In this document: piece after piece, positions 51,624 to 61,574 of the stretch
Position numbering within the stretch: position 1 is the stretch's first letter
How the letters are laid out: every line of letters starts with the position of its first letter
Origin: Candidatus Eiseniibacteriota bacterium
GTDB lineage: Bacteria > Eisenbacteria > RBG-16-71-46 > CAVPCR01
Direction: 5' to 3'
DNA length: 64,000 nt
NCBI GenBank assembly: GCA_963823555.1
Contig: CAWGMA010000003.1
Location: forward strand, 224,001 to 288,000
The notes under the pieces: model-generated
Told to the model about the DNA's origin: nothing
Databases searched by the model: none
The model's input: the letters and a program-made list of their open reading frames with translations, nothing else
Position numbers and translations under genes: made by a program

Positions 51624-53152
51624 CCCCGGTCCGACCGCCGCGATGGGTCGCCCTGCGGGGGGGCGCCTTCCTTGGCGCCATCGTTCTCTCCTTGACCATG
51701 ACCGCCGCGGTCCCGGCCCAGCACGAAGAGGAGGAACCAGAGGCCGGCGCGGATCGGCGGCAATCCGAGCTCGTGCGAGAGATCGAGAAGCTCGCGTCTC
51801 CGCCCATCACGTGGCGGGTCCCAGCCGTGGGCCGCGAGGTGGAGCGGCTCGTCTTCGACAACGGACTCACGATCTTCCTCTATCCCGAGTCGAGCGTGCC
51901 GCGGGTCGGGATCATCATCCGGCTCAAGGATGGGGTCTTCTTCGAAGAGGCGAACGAGGAGCGCGAGTCGGCCATGCTCGCTCAGCTCATCCAGATCGGT
52001 GGCGCGGAGAACCGCTCGAGCGACGAGGTGGATGCTCTCCTCGATCGCATCGCCGCCCGCATGAGCATCTGGAGCGATGTCGAGAGCGCGGGCGGCACGC
52101 TCCGCTGCCTTCCCGAGGATGCGCCGGAGGCGATCGCGCTGCTATCCGACCTTCTCCTCCGTCCAGCTCTGCCCGACGAGAAGCTCGCTCTCGTGAAGAA
52201 GTCCGAGCGTGCCTCGATCCTCCGCCAGAAGGACCATCCGGGTTGGGTCTCGAGCACCCTCTTCGAGCATCAGCTGTATGGCGACCATCCCCTGGGACGG
52301 ATCCTCCGGCTCTCGGCCGTGGAGGGGGTCACGCGTGACGATCTTGCTTCCCGCCATGATCGCTTCTACGTGCCGGAGCGGACGCTCATCGGGCTGGCCG
52401 GTGACTTCGCTCGGGATCCCGTGCTCGAGCTCCTGCATCGCGCCTTCGGCGACTGGCCGCGTGGTTCGGGCGAGCTCGCAGCCCCCCCGCCGGTGGATCG
52501 CGCGGCGACCGCGCCGGCGAGGATCTACCTTTTCCAGAAGGACATCCCGCAGACCACGATCCGGATCGGACATCTCGGCGTCGAGCGCGGGCATCCCGAT
52601 GAGTTCGCGATCCGGGTCATGAACTTCATCCTCGGCGGACGGGGCTTCCGTTCCCGGCTCGGGGAGCGGGTGCGCAGCGATGAAGGGCTCGCCTATGCAG
52701 TGCGCAGCCGCTACGAGCTCGACACACCCGATATCGGTCTCTTCGCGGCCTGGTGCGAGACCAAGGCGGCGAGCACTTACCGCGCCGTCGAGATCATGAC
52801 CGACGAGATCCAGGGCATGCAGACCCGCCCGCCCGATGCGGCCGCCGTGGAGGAAGCCAAGGATTCGATCGCCCATTCCTATGTGCAGCGCTGGACCAAT
52901 GCGGTGACCACGCTGGAGCAACTCATGGACCTCGAGCTTTCGGGGCGTGACCCGGGCTACTTCGATACCTATCTCGATCGCCTGCGCGCCGTGACCGCCG
53001 CCCAGGTGGAGCACGCTGCCCGGGAGTACCTGCATCCCGACGACCTGGTCACGGTGCTCGTCGGCAATGCTCCGGCGATCGGCGACCCTCCGGGGGGAGA
53101 GCCGCTCATCCCCTTGAGCCTGCCCCCCGAGTACACGGGCGAAGCGCGCTGA
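51620..53152 (+). CDS. M16 family peptidase, non-catalytic partner subunit
   Basis: Lacks HxxEH; has 'SRLGERVRSDEGLAY' (R/Y pair); ATGA overlap with the catalytic subunit. Confidence 0.88.
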   Translation: MTPVRPPRWVALRGGAFLGAIVLSLTMTAAVPAQHEEEEPEAGADRRQSELVREIEKLASPPITWRVPAVGREVERLVFDNGLTIFLYPESSVPRVGIIIRLKDGVFFEEANEERESAMLAQLIQIGGAENRSSDEVDALLDRIAARMSIWSDVESAGGTLRCLPEDAPEAIALLSDLLLRPALPDEKLALVKKSERASILRQKDHPGWVSSTLFEHQLYGDHPLGRILRLSAVEGVTRDDLASRHDRFYVPERTLIGLAGDFARDPVLELLHRAFGDWPRGSGELAAPPPVDRAATAPARIYLFQKDIPQTTIRIGHLGVERGHPDEFAIRVMNFILGGRGFRSRLGERVRSDEGLAYAVRSRYELDTPDIGLFAAWCETKAASTYRAVEIMTDEIQGMQTRPPDAAAVEEAKDSIAHSYVQRWTNAVTTLEQLMDLELSGRDPGYFDTYLDRLRAVTAAQVEHAAREYLHPDDLVTVLVGNAPAIGDPPGGEPLIPLSLPPEYTGEAR

Positions 53153-53153
53153 G

Positions 53154-56100
53154 ATGGTGATGCACCGCGATCGGGTGCAAGCCGAGCTGCCACTCCCCGA
53201 CGATGCGACCGATCCCGGTTCCCCGCCGGCATGGGTCACCGAGCCGGCGAGCGAGGAGGCCATCGCCACCGCGGTCGCCGACCTCGACGCCGACCAGCTG
53301 GCCGCGGTGATGCACGGCGAGGGGCCGCTCCTGGTCGTCGCCGGCGCCGGTACCGGCAAGACGCGAGTGATCGCCCATCGCATCGCGTACCTGATCGCCG
53401 CCAAGAAGGCCCACCCCGCCGAGATTCTCGCGCTCACGTTCACCGAGCGCGCCGCCGCCGAGATGGAGGCGCGGGTCGACCTGCTCGTGCCGTACGGCTA
53501 CACCGACATGTGGATCTCCACCTTCCATGCCTTCGGCGATCGCCTCTATCGCGAATATGCGCTCGAGCTCGGGCTGCCCGACACCGCCATCGTGCTGAAC
53601 GAGCCCGAGCGCATGGTCTTCTTCCGCGAGCGCCTCTTCCGCCTGCCGCTCCGGCGCCTCTTGCCGCTCGGGAATCCGGGCCGCCATCTGGCCGCGCTCA
53701 TGCGCCTCATCGCTCGGGCCAAGGACGAAGCGGTGCTCCCGGAGGATTACCTGGTCTACGCCCGCAAGGAGCGCGCCGCGGTCGAGGCGGCGGTCGCCGC
53801 GGATCCGCAGGATCCGGAGGCGCGGGCCCGGCTCGCCCAGGCCGAGCGCCAGCTCGAGATCGCCGAGGTCTACCGGGTCATGGACGAGGAGCTTCATGCG
53901 GCGAACCGCATCGACTTCGGCGATCAGCTCCTGTTGGCGCTCCGCCTCCTCCGCGAACACGAGCATGTGCTGGCAGCGGTGCGCCGCCGCTTCCGCTACA
54001 TCCTGGTCGATGAGTTCCAGGACACGAACGTGGTCCAGTTCGAGCTCCTGAAGCTCCTCGCCGGCGAGCGCCGCAACGTGACCGTGGTCGGCGACGACGA
54101 CCAGTCGATCTACAAGTTCCGGGGCGCCGCCTTGAGCAACATCCTGGGTTTCACGGCAGCCTATCCAGATCGCAAGCTCGTCGTGCTCACCCGCTCCTAT
54201 CGTTCCGGGCAGAACATCCTCGATGCGGCCTACCGGCTCATCCAGTACAACAACCCCGAGCGGCTCGAGGTGAAGGAGTCGATCGAGAAGCGCCTGCGCT
54301 CGATGGTCGACGCTCCCGGAACGATCGAGCAGCATCGCCATGACATCCTGGGGACGGAGGCGGATGCGGTGAAGGCCCGCATTGCCGAGCTGGTGGCCAG
54401 CGGCCGGTACGGCTACCGCGACATCGCGATCCTCGTCCGCTCGAATCGCGATGCCGAGCCGTTCCTGGCCGCTCTCGGCGCCGCCGGTATCCCGCACGAG
54501 TTCTCGGGCGCCCGCGGCCTGTTCCGGCGCGAGGAAGTGCGGACGGCGATCGATTTCATGCGCGCGGTGGCCCGACCGACCGAGTCCCAGAGCCTGTTCG
54601 CGCTCGCTGCCTCGGATGTCTACCGGGTGCCGATGCTCGATCTGACGACCCTCGCCGACCTCGCCCGGCTCAAGCGACGCCCCCTCGCCTGGGCGATGGC
54701 GCAGGCAGCGGCCGCCGGGGGCGCGGCGGTCGAGAGCGGTGTTGAAGGGTCTGAACCGCTGAGCGCGGAGGGAGTGGCTGCCATCGAGCGCCTCCACCGC
54801 GATCTCGCTCATTACCGTGAGCGATCACGGCATCTGGCAACGGGGAGCCTCCTCTACGAGTTTCTCACCGACACCGGCTACCTCGCCGAGCTGACGGCCG
54901 CCGAGACCCTGGCTGCCGAGGACCAGGTCCGAAACCTCGCCCGCTTCTTCCATCAGGTCCAGCGCTACGAGGAGATCGCGGTCGCGGATCGCGTCCACTC
55001 CTTCGTGGATCATCTCGAGCTCCTGATCGAAGCGGGAGAAGATCCGCAAGCGGTCGAGCCCGATCCCGATTTCGACGCGGTGCGCGTTCTCACCGTGCAT
55101 CGGGCCAAGGGCCTCGAGTTCCGCGTCGTCTTCGTCGTCAATCTGGTGGATCAGAAGTTCCCGACCACCAGTCGGGGCGAGGCGCTCGAGATGCCGCTCG
55201 AGCTCTACCGGCAGAAGGTCGCCGGCGGGAATTTCCATCGCCAGGAAGAGCGCCGTCTCTTCTATGTGGCCATGACGCGGGCGCGGGAGCTCTTGATCCT
55301 GACGAGCGCGGCGGACCACGGCGGGCCGCGGCTCCGGAAGACCAGCTCCTTCGTGCTCGAGGCGCTCGACCTGCCGGCGGAGGCGGCGCAGGCGACCGGG
55401 GCGGCGGGGACGATCGCCGTGCTCGGAAAGCACGCCGCGAACCCGGCACCCCCGCCCGCCCCCCCGCGGCTCGTGGGACCCGACGAGACGATCCGCCTCT
55501 CCTGGTCCCAGATCGACACCTACCGCGAATGTCCGCTCCGTTATCGCTATGGCTACATCCTCAAGGCGCCGGCGATCGCTCACCACAGCCAGAATTTCGG
55601 CAAGGCGGTGCACGCGGCGATCGCCGAGTTCCTCAAGGGGAAGATGCGCGGCGATCCGCCACCGCTGCCCGCGGTGCTGGATGTCCTCAGGAAGAACTGG
55701 CGCAGCGAGGGCTTCTTGAGTCGCGAGCACGAGGAACGGCGGTTGGCAGCAGGAATCCGCGCGATCGAGCGCTTCCACGCCGAGGAGGCCACGTCGACCA
55801 CGATACCAGCCCAGGTCGAGAAGCCGTTTTCCATCGTCCGGGGCAAGGTGCAGGTGGAGGGGCGTTTCGATCGCGTGGATCTCGATCCGGACGGCGCGAC
55901 GATCATCGACTACAAGACCTCTCAGGTCGAGGATGCCGCGGAAGCGGCGGAGCGAGCACGGAAGAGCGACCAGCTCCGGCTCTACGCCCTCGCCTATGCG
56001 GCCCAGGCCGGGATCGAGCCGCGGGCGGTCGAGCTGCGTTTCGTCGAGTCGGGGTGCCGGGGCCGGGTTGCGCCGAGCGCCGAGGATCTCTCGAGGGCGG

Positions 56101-56219
56101 AGGATCTCGTCGCGAAGACCGAGGATGGGCTGCGCCGCGGCGATTTCACGGCTCGTCCCTCCCTCCGCACCTGCGACCGCTGCGATTTCAGGCGGATCTG
56201 TCCCCAGGCGGTCTGGTAG
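53154..56219 (+). CDS. UvrD/PcrA-like SF1A helicase fused to a PD-(D/E)XK nuclease with a 4-Cys Fe-S staple (AdnB/AddA-like)
   Basis: AGAGTGKT, LTFT, VDEFQD, GDDDQSIY, TVHRAKGLEF and EERRLFYVAMTRA; C-terminal CP...GRFDRVD..IIDYKT..QL..Y..CDRCDFRRIC. Confidence 0.92.
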   Translation: MVMHRDRVQAELPLPDDATDPGSPPAWVTEPASEEAIATAVADLDADQLAAVMHGEGPLLVVAGAGTGKTRVIAHRIAYLIAAKKAHPAEILALTFTERAAAEMEARVDLLVPYGYTDMWISTFHAFGDRLYREYALELGLPDTAIVLNEPERMVFFRERLFRLPLRRLLPLGNPGRHLAALMRLIARAKDEAVLPEDYLVYARKERAAVEAAVAADPQDPEARARLAQAERQLEIAEVYRVMDEELHAANRIDFGDQLLLALRLLREHEHVLAAVRRRFRYILVDEFQDTNVVQFELLKLLAGERRNVTVVGDDDQSIYKFRGAALSNILGFTAAYPDRKLVVLTRSYRSGQNILDAAYRLIQYNNPERLEVKESIEKRLRSMVDAPGTIEQHRHDILGTEADAVKARIAELVASGRYGYRDIAILVRSNRDAEPFLAALGAAGIPHEFSGARGLFRREEVRTAIDFMRAVARPTESQSLFALAASDVYRVPMLDLTTLADLARLKRRPLAWAMAQAAAAGGAAVESGVEGSEPLSAEGVAAIERLHRDLAHYRERSRHLATGSLLYEFLTDTGYLAELTAAETLAAEDQVRNLARFFHQVQRYEEIAVADRVHSFVDHLELLIEAGEDPQAVEPDPDFDAVRVLTVHRAKGLEFRVVFVVNLVDQKFPTTSRGEALEMPLELYRQKVAGGNFHRQEERRLFYVAMTRARELLILTSAADHGGPRLRKTSSFVLEALDLPAEAAQATGAAGTIAVLGKHAANPAPPPAPPRLVGPDETIRLSWSQIDTYRECPLRYRYGYILKAPAIAHHSQNFGKAVHAAIAEFLKGKMRGDPPPLPAVLDVLRKNWRSEGFLSREHEERRLAAGIRAIERFHAEEATSTTIPAQVEKPFSIVRGKVQVEGRFDRVDLDPDGATIIDYKTSQVEDAAEAAERARKSDQLRLYALAYAAQAGIEPRAVELRFVESGCRGRVAPSAEDLSRAEDLVAKTEDGLRRGDFTARPSLRTCDRCDFRRICPQAVW

Positions 56220-56230
56220 AAGGGCGGGGT

Positions 56231-57787
56231 ATGTCGCGCATCGTCCGCAACACCTCGGCAGTCGCCGCCGCCTTTGCCACCAACACGCTTCTCTCTTTCC
56301 TCCAGATCAAGCTCCTCACGCGCTACTTCACCCAGGCAGCACTGGGGGAGTACTCGGCGACATTCGCCATCGGAGCCATCGTCTCGGTGCTGGCGGCCGT
56401 GGGTCTGCCCACGGTCGTCCTGCGCTACACGGCGAAGTACGATGCGCTGGGCGAAGTGGGCCGGATCCGGCGCTTGCTCGCCCTGGCCTGGAGCCTCGTC
56501 GGCATCCTCGCCGTGATCCTGCTCCTCGTCGTGGCGCATGTCGCGCCATCGATCCTCGCGCGTCTCTACACCGTGCCACCGGCCGTGACCAACGTGCTTC
56601 TGGCCACTGCGGTCTTCGTCGCCACCGCGCTCCGCCAGGTGACCTACGCCGGTTTCGATGGGCTCCGCCGCATGAGTTACCCGGCCGTGCTCGAGAACCT
56701 GAACGTGGGAGCGATCACGCTCGGCATCCTCGTCCTCCGCGAACGGCTCACCGTCCCCCTCCTGCTCTCGATGAGCCTCATCTCGGGTCTCGTCGTCGCC
56801 GCGATCGCCATCGGACTCTTGCTGCGCGTGCTGCGCCAGCCGCCAGCCACGGGAACGGAGCGGAGGGCGCGCGACCTGCCGCCACTCCTCGCCGATATCA
56901 CCCCCTTCTGGTGGGGGGCGGCGATCAACGGCATCATCGGCATCGGCTTCGGCTATGCGGACAAGCTCCTGGTGAGTCTCTTCCTCTCCTTCGAGCTGGT
57001 CTCCATCTTCTTCGTCGCCGAGCGCATCACCTTCCTTCTGAAGCGTCTGCTGGCGGTGCCGCTGCAGGTCGCCGCCCCCGAGATCACCCGGCGCTGGGAA
57101 CTGGGCCGCCGCGAGGAGCTCAGGTACGACGTCGGCTTCCTGATCAAGGTCCAGCTCGCCGTGGCCATGCTGTTCGCCGTGCTCGTCCTGGCGGCGGCCG
57201 AGGTGGCAGTGCTCGTGGTCGCGAACCCCACGTTCCTGGCGGCCGCTGATCTCCTCCGCGTGCTCACGATCTCAGTCGTGCTCATGGCGGCCTATGCTCC
57301 GATCACGACTCTCCTGCGCGCCATCGACCGTATCGGGCTCGCCCTCACCTCGGACGTGATCTGGCTGGCGACCTACGTCGGACTGGGCATGTTCCTGATG
57401 CCCCGGCTCGGCCTCCGGGGCATCGTCATCGCGCACCTCGCCGCCTCGACGCTGGCCGCCATATGGAATGTCCTGGCCGGGGATCGGGTGGCCGCCATCG
57501 CCTGGGATCACGCCGGTCTCGCGCGCGTGCTCGTGATCGGCGCCGCGATCGGCCTCGGCGGTTACGTGGCAGCCATTCGTCTGGCTCAAGGCCGTCCGCT
57601 CGTCGAGCTGGGTCTGGCTGTTCTCGTTCTCGTCACCTACAACCTGCTCCTGCCGCTCACAGGAGCGCTCCGCGCCGATGATCGACTGCGCTTCATGCAG
57701 CTTGCCGGCCCCGGCCGGCTCGGCGCGATGCTCGACCGGCTCCTGTTCTGGCCCCTGCGCCTCTTCCAGCGGAGCGAGCCGCGTTGA
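56231..57787 (+). CDS. Oligosaccharide flippase (Wzx/MOP superfamily)
   Basis: About 14 TM segments, 'IVRNT', 'LGEYS' and 'YADKLLV'. Confidence 0.8.
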   Translation: MSRIVRNTSAVAAAFATNTLLSFLQIKLLTRYFTQAALGEYSATFAIGAIVSVLAAVGLPTVVLRYTAKYDALGEVGRIRRLLALAWSLVGILAVILLLVVAHVAPSILARLYTVPPAVTNVLLATAVFVATALRQVTYAGFDGLRRMSYPAVLENLNVGAITLGILVLRERLTVPLLLSMSLISGLVVAAIAIGLLLRVLRQPPATGTERRARDLPPLLADITPFWWGAAINGIIGIGFGYADKLLVSLFLSFELVSIFFVAERITFLLKRLLAVPLQVAAPEITRRWELGRREELRYDVGFLIKVQLAVAMLFAVLVLAAAEVAVLVVANPTFLAAADLLRVLTISVVLMAAYAPITTLLRAIDRIGLALTSDVIWLATYVGLGMFLMPRLGLRGIVIAHLAASTLAAIWNVLAGDRVAAIAWDHAGLARVLVIGAAIGLGGYVAAIRLAQGRPLVELGLAVLVLVTYNLLLPLTGALRADDRLRFMQLAGPGRLGAMLDRLLFWPLRLFQRSEPR

Positions 57788-57821
57788 CCCTCGTCCAGAC
57801 CGCATGCTAGCTTGCCCGCCC

Positions 57822-58565
57822 ATGACGGCCATGATCGAGGTGCGTGACCTCACCAAGACCTTCGACGGAGGAAAGTCGGGGCCAGTGCATGCGGTCGAGC
57901 AGTTCTCGTTCGCCGTGGACGGCGGAGAGGTCTTCGGTCTCCTGGGCCTGAACGGCGCCGGCAAGACGACCACCCTGCGCATGCTCGCCACCGTACTCAA
58001 ACCGACCTCGGGATCGGCCTCCATCGCCGGATACGACATCGCCAGCCAAGGCGACGAGGTGCGGGGAGCCATCGGTTTCCTCTCCGGCGACACCCGTCTC
58101 TATGACCGGTTGACCGCCCGCGAGATCCTCGTCTATTTCGGACAGCTCGAGGGTCTGAGCGCGGCCGAGGCCGGTCGCAGGTCGGGAGTGCTCATCGATC
58201 GGTTCGCCCTCCGCTCCTTTGCCGACCGGCGGGTCGGCCGGCTCTCGACCGGGCTCAAGCAGCGGGTCAACCTGGCGCGCGCGCTCATCCACGATCCGCC
58301 GGTGCTCATCCTCGACGAACCGACCGCCGGCCTCGACGTGCTGGGCGCCCGTGAAGTGGGTCACCTGATCCGCGAGATGCGGGGTGATGGGCGCTGCGTT
58401 CTCTTCTCGACGCACGTCATGCACGAAGCGGCCCGGCTCTGCGATCACGTCGCGGTCATCCACCGCGGGCGTCTGCTTGCCCATGGCACTCCGCACGAGC
58501 TCACGATCGGATACGAGGATCTGGAGGCGGCCTTTGCCGCCGCCGTCGCCGAGGTGGACGGGTAG
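57822..58565 (+). CDS. ABC transporter ATP-binding protein (NatA-like)
   Basis: GLNGAGKTTTLRMLAT, LSTGLKQ, DEPT and FSTH. Confidence 0.9.
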   Translation: MTAMIEVRDLTKTFDGGKSGPVHAVEQFSFAVDGGEVFGLLGLNGAGKTTTLRMLATVLKPTSGSASIAGYDIASQGDEVRGAIGFLSGDTRLYDRLTAREILVYFGQLEGLSAAEAGRRSGVLIDRFALRSFADRRVGRLSTGLKQRVNLARALIHDPPVLILDEPTAGLDVLGAREVGHLIREMRGDGRCVLFSTHVMHEAARLCDHVAVIHRGRLLAHGTPHELTIGYEDLEAAFAAAVAEVDG

Positions 58566-58651
58566 GCGAGGAACCCGGCCAGATGCTATCCTGGGCCCGC
58601 AGTATGGTCCGATGCGAAGTGCTCGCTCGATCCTGAGAGAACAGAGGAACC

Positions 58652-59833
58652 GTGCGTCGAACCTGGATCGTTGCTCGCAAGGAGCTCCTCGATACGATTC
58701 GCGATTCGCGGACGTTGTTGCTCGCCTTTGTCCTGCCCCTGGTCCTCTATCCGATCGTCTTCATCACCATCGGGCAGGTGTCCCGGGCCAACGAGGCCCG
58801 CACCAGCGAACGGAGCCTCAGGGTCGCCATCGCCGGAGCCGAGCACGCCCCGCACCTCGCCGCCACGCTGTCGGGATGGAAGCAGATCGAGATCGTTCCG
58901 GTCGATCTCGGGCCGACGGCGGTCAAGAAAGGATTCATCGAGGCGCTGATCATCGTGCCGCCGGCCTACGAGCAGGCCGTCGTCGTCGGCGCGCCATCGA
59001 CGCTCCGCATCTTCTACGACGAGACGAGCACCCTCTCCCGCCGGGCCCGGAGCCAGGTCGAGGAGGGGTTGGGACGATATCGGGAGCAGATCCTGCGCGC
59101 CGAGCTCGGCCGGCTGGGGGGGGCGGGGGGAGAGGTCGATGCGGCCCGCATCCGTTCCGAGAACGTGGCCACCGCCCAGGAAATGGGGTCCTATCTTCTC
59201 GGTACGCTCGTCCCCTACATCCTGGTGCTTCTCATCGCCTCCGCCGCCTCGCATACGGCCATCGACACCACGGCTGGGGAGAAGGAGCGCAGCACCCTCG
59301 AAACCGTCCTGGTGAGCGCCGCCTCGCGGTCTCAGCTGCTCCTTGGCAAGTTCTTCGCCACTTCGCTGATGGCCACGGCGGCCGGGGTGATGGGTCTCAC
59401 CGGGCTCACCCTGACCCTGTCCCTGCCGCTCACCGCGCAATCGCTCGCCGATGGCCAGATCGTTCTGCCGCTGTGGGCGATCGGTGTCCTCCTCGTCATG
59501 ATCTTGCCGGTCGCCTTCCTCATGAGCGCGACCTTGCTCGCCTTCGGCTGCTTCGCGCGCAGCACGCGCGAAGGGCAGACCTTCGCCACTTACTTCATCA
59601 TGTGTGTCGCGGTGCTCGCGGTGCTCTCGGTGGCCAGTGAAGCCGAGCCCACGACTCAGGGGTTCCTTCTGCCCATCGTGGGCACGACTCAGGTGCAGCG
59701 CCAGATCCTGGCCGGGGGCGCCGAACCGACGCATATTCTGCTCGCGATCGCCAGCACCCTGTTCATCGGGCTCCTGGGGCTGGTGGTCGCGCTCAGGTTG
59801 TTCGCCAACGAACGGGTCATGTTCCGCCAGTGA
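58652..59833 (+). CDS. ABC transporter permease (NatB-like)
   Basis: 'KELLDTIRDSRTL', 'AIDTTAGEKERSTLETVL' and 'LLGKF'. Confidence 0.88.
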   Translation: MRRTWIVARKELLDTIRDSRTLLLAFVLPLVLYPIVFITIGQVSRANEARTSERSLRVAIAGAEHAPHLAATLSGWKQIEIVPVDLGPTAVKKGFIEALIIVPPAYEQAVVVGAPSTLRIFYDETSTLSRRARSQVEEGLGRYREQILRAELGRLGGAGGEVDAARIRSENVATAQEMGSYLLGTLVPYILVLLIASAASHTAIDTTAGEKERSTLETVLVSAASRSQLLLGKFFATSLMATAAGVMGLTGLTLTLSLPLTAQSLADGQIVLPLWAIGVLLVMILPVAFLMSATLLAFGCFARSTREGQTFATYFIMCVAVLAVLSVASEAEPTTQGFLLPIVGTTQVQRQILAGGAEPTHILLAIASTLFIGLLGLVVALRLFANERVMFRQ

Positions 59834-59845
59834 TAGGAGCAACCG

Positions 59846-60328
59846 ATGTTGCGGAACTCACCGCGAAGTGAGGTTCCCCGCCGGCTGGCCATCAGCATGG
59901 CGGTCGCGATCGGGGTCGCTGCCTGCAACCCCGCCGCCGAGATCTCCGCTCCCGTCATGACGCTCGCCGACATCGAGGTGCGAGCGTTCTCCGGAGGGAC
60001 GGTCAACCTCAGCCTGGTTCTCACCGTCGACAATCAGAACAGCTTCGAGATCACTCTGGTCGAGATCGCCGGAGCTCTGACCCTCGACGAGGTTTCGGTC
60101 GGGGAGGTGCGCTGGTCCGGAGAGATCAAGTGTCCGAAGCAGGACACGACGACCGTTCGCATCCCCGTCCACCTGGTGGTGGGAGAAGGAAGCGACGTCT
60201 TCCGGGACCTCATCGATCAGCGCCCCATGGTCCAGACCTTGCGTGGCGAAGCCACCATCGCTCGCGGCGTCATCACCCGTTCCTTTGCGATCAACCTGAG
60301 TCGCGACTCGGGTCGCGAAGGGAGGTGA
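59846..60328 (+). CDS. LEA type 2 / WHy domain lipoprotein
   Basis: Lipobox VAAC; 'LVLTVDNQNSFEITL' (NPN-like motif). Confidence 0.75.
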   Translation: MLRNSPRSEVPRRLAISMAVAIGVAACNPAAEISAPVMTLADIEVRAFSGGTVNLSLVLTVDNQNSFEITLVEIAGALTLDEVSVGEVRWSGEIKCPKQDTTTVRIPVHLVVGEGSDVFRDLIDQRPMVQTLRGEATIARGVITRSFAINLSRDSGREGR

Positions 60329-60334
60329 CCTCCG

Positions 60335-61468
60335 ATCTACGAAGTCAGGCAGGAACGCAACCGGCGCGAACGGGCGCTGCTCGTGGGTATTGCGGAAGGC
60401 GGACTGCACGGCGGGTGGAAGGAGTCGCTCGAAGAGCTGGCGGAACTGGCCGGCACCGCCGGGGCCCGGGTGGTCGAGACCGTCATCCAGCCCCACGGCC
60501 GCATGAATCCCGCGACCTTCGTCACGCGCGGCAAGGTCGATGAGATCAGGTCCAAGGCCGCCCAAGCCAGTGCCGACATCGTCGTGTTCGATCACGATCT
60601 GACGCCGGCCCAGCTCCGCAATCTGGAGAAGGCGACCGGGCGCAAGATCATCGATCGTTCCGAGATCATCCTCGACATCTTCGCCTCCCGGGCGCGGACG
60701 CGGGAGGCGCGTATTCAGGTCGAGCTGGCCCAGCTCCAGTACACCTTGCCGCGACTGACCCGGATGTGGCAGCACCTGTCGCGCACCGGCGGGGGCATCG
60801 GCACGCGCGGTCCCGGCGAGACTCAGCTCGAAGTCGATCGCCGGCGGGTGCGCGAGAAGATCGCGCTCCTCAAGCGCAAGCTGGCCGACATCCAGAAGGA
60901 ACGCACTGTCCAGCGGCGCCGGCGCCGCAGTGTCTTTCGAGTGGCGCTCGTCGGCTATACCAATGCCGGCAAGTCGACTCTCTTCAACCTGCTCACCCGA
61001 TCCCAGGTGTTCACCGAGAACCGGCTGTTCGCCACCCTCGATGCGACCACCCGCCAGCTGGTGCTGCCGGGCCGGCATCTTGTCCTCCTCTCGGATACCG
61101 TCGGCTTCATCCGCAATCTGCCTCATCATCTGATCGCATCCTTCCGCGCGACGCTGGAAGAAGTCACTGAAGCCGACCTGCTCGTCCATGTCGTGGATGC
61201 CACCAGCGCCTACGTCATGCAGCACATCGCGGCGGTGCACACGGTTCTCGAGGAGCTCGGTTGCATGGCCAAGCCGCGAATCCTGGTCTTCAACAAGATC
61301 GACCTGATGCCGGCGGACGACATCCGGCTGATGGGGCTCAGGGCCTCGCACCCCCTGAGCCTGGCGGTCTCGAGCACCACCCGCGAGAACGTGGATGAGC
61401 TCATCCGGAACCTGCTCGCCGGGCACGCCCAGCACTGGACACGCCACGGTCCAGGCGGGGAGGAATAG
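60335..61468 (+). CDS. hflX: GTPase HflX (start inferred at non-canonical ATC 60335; first GTG at 60383)
   Basis: ERALLVG, LTPAQLRNLE, RGPGETQLE, GYTNAGKS, LFATLD, DTVGF and NKID. Confidence 0.95.
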   Translation: MYEVRQERNRRERALLVGIAEGGLHGGWKESLEELAELAGTAGARVVETVIQPHGRMNPATFVTRGKVDEIRSKAAQASADIVVFDHDLTPAQLRNLEKATGRKIIDRSEIILDIFASRARTREARIQVELAQLQYTLPRLTRMWQHLSRTGGGIGTRGPGETQLEVDRRRVREKIALLKRKLADIQKERTVQRRRRRSVFRVALVGYTNAGKSTLFNLLTRSQVFTENRLFATLDATTRQLVLPGRHLVLLSDTVGFIRNLPHHLIASFRATLEEVTEADLLVHVVDATSAYVMQHIAAVHTVLEELGCMAKPRILVFNKIDLMPADDIRLMGLRASHPLSLAVSSTTRENVDELIRNLLAGHAQHWTRHGPGGEE

Positions 61469-61574
61469 CCGGAGCCCGGGAATTTCCCGGTTCATTCTCC
61501 CGCCAGGGGTGATTTGTCGCATGAGGACGCGCCTTTTCGCTTGCTCGAGTCGAATCCGGACTGGTAGCATCACG

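Noticed and set aside
59846..61468. Stop read-through or selenocysteine fusion of the LEA lipoprotein with HflX (same frame, TGA)
   Set aside because: Fusing an exported lipoprotein to a cytoplasmic GTPase is implausible; an SD and alternative start explain the layout.
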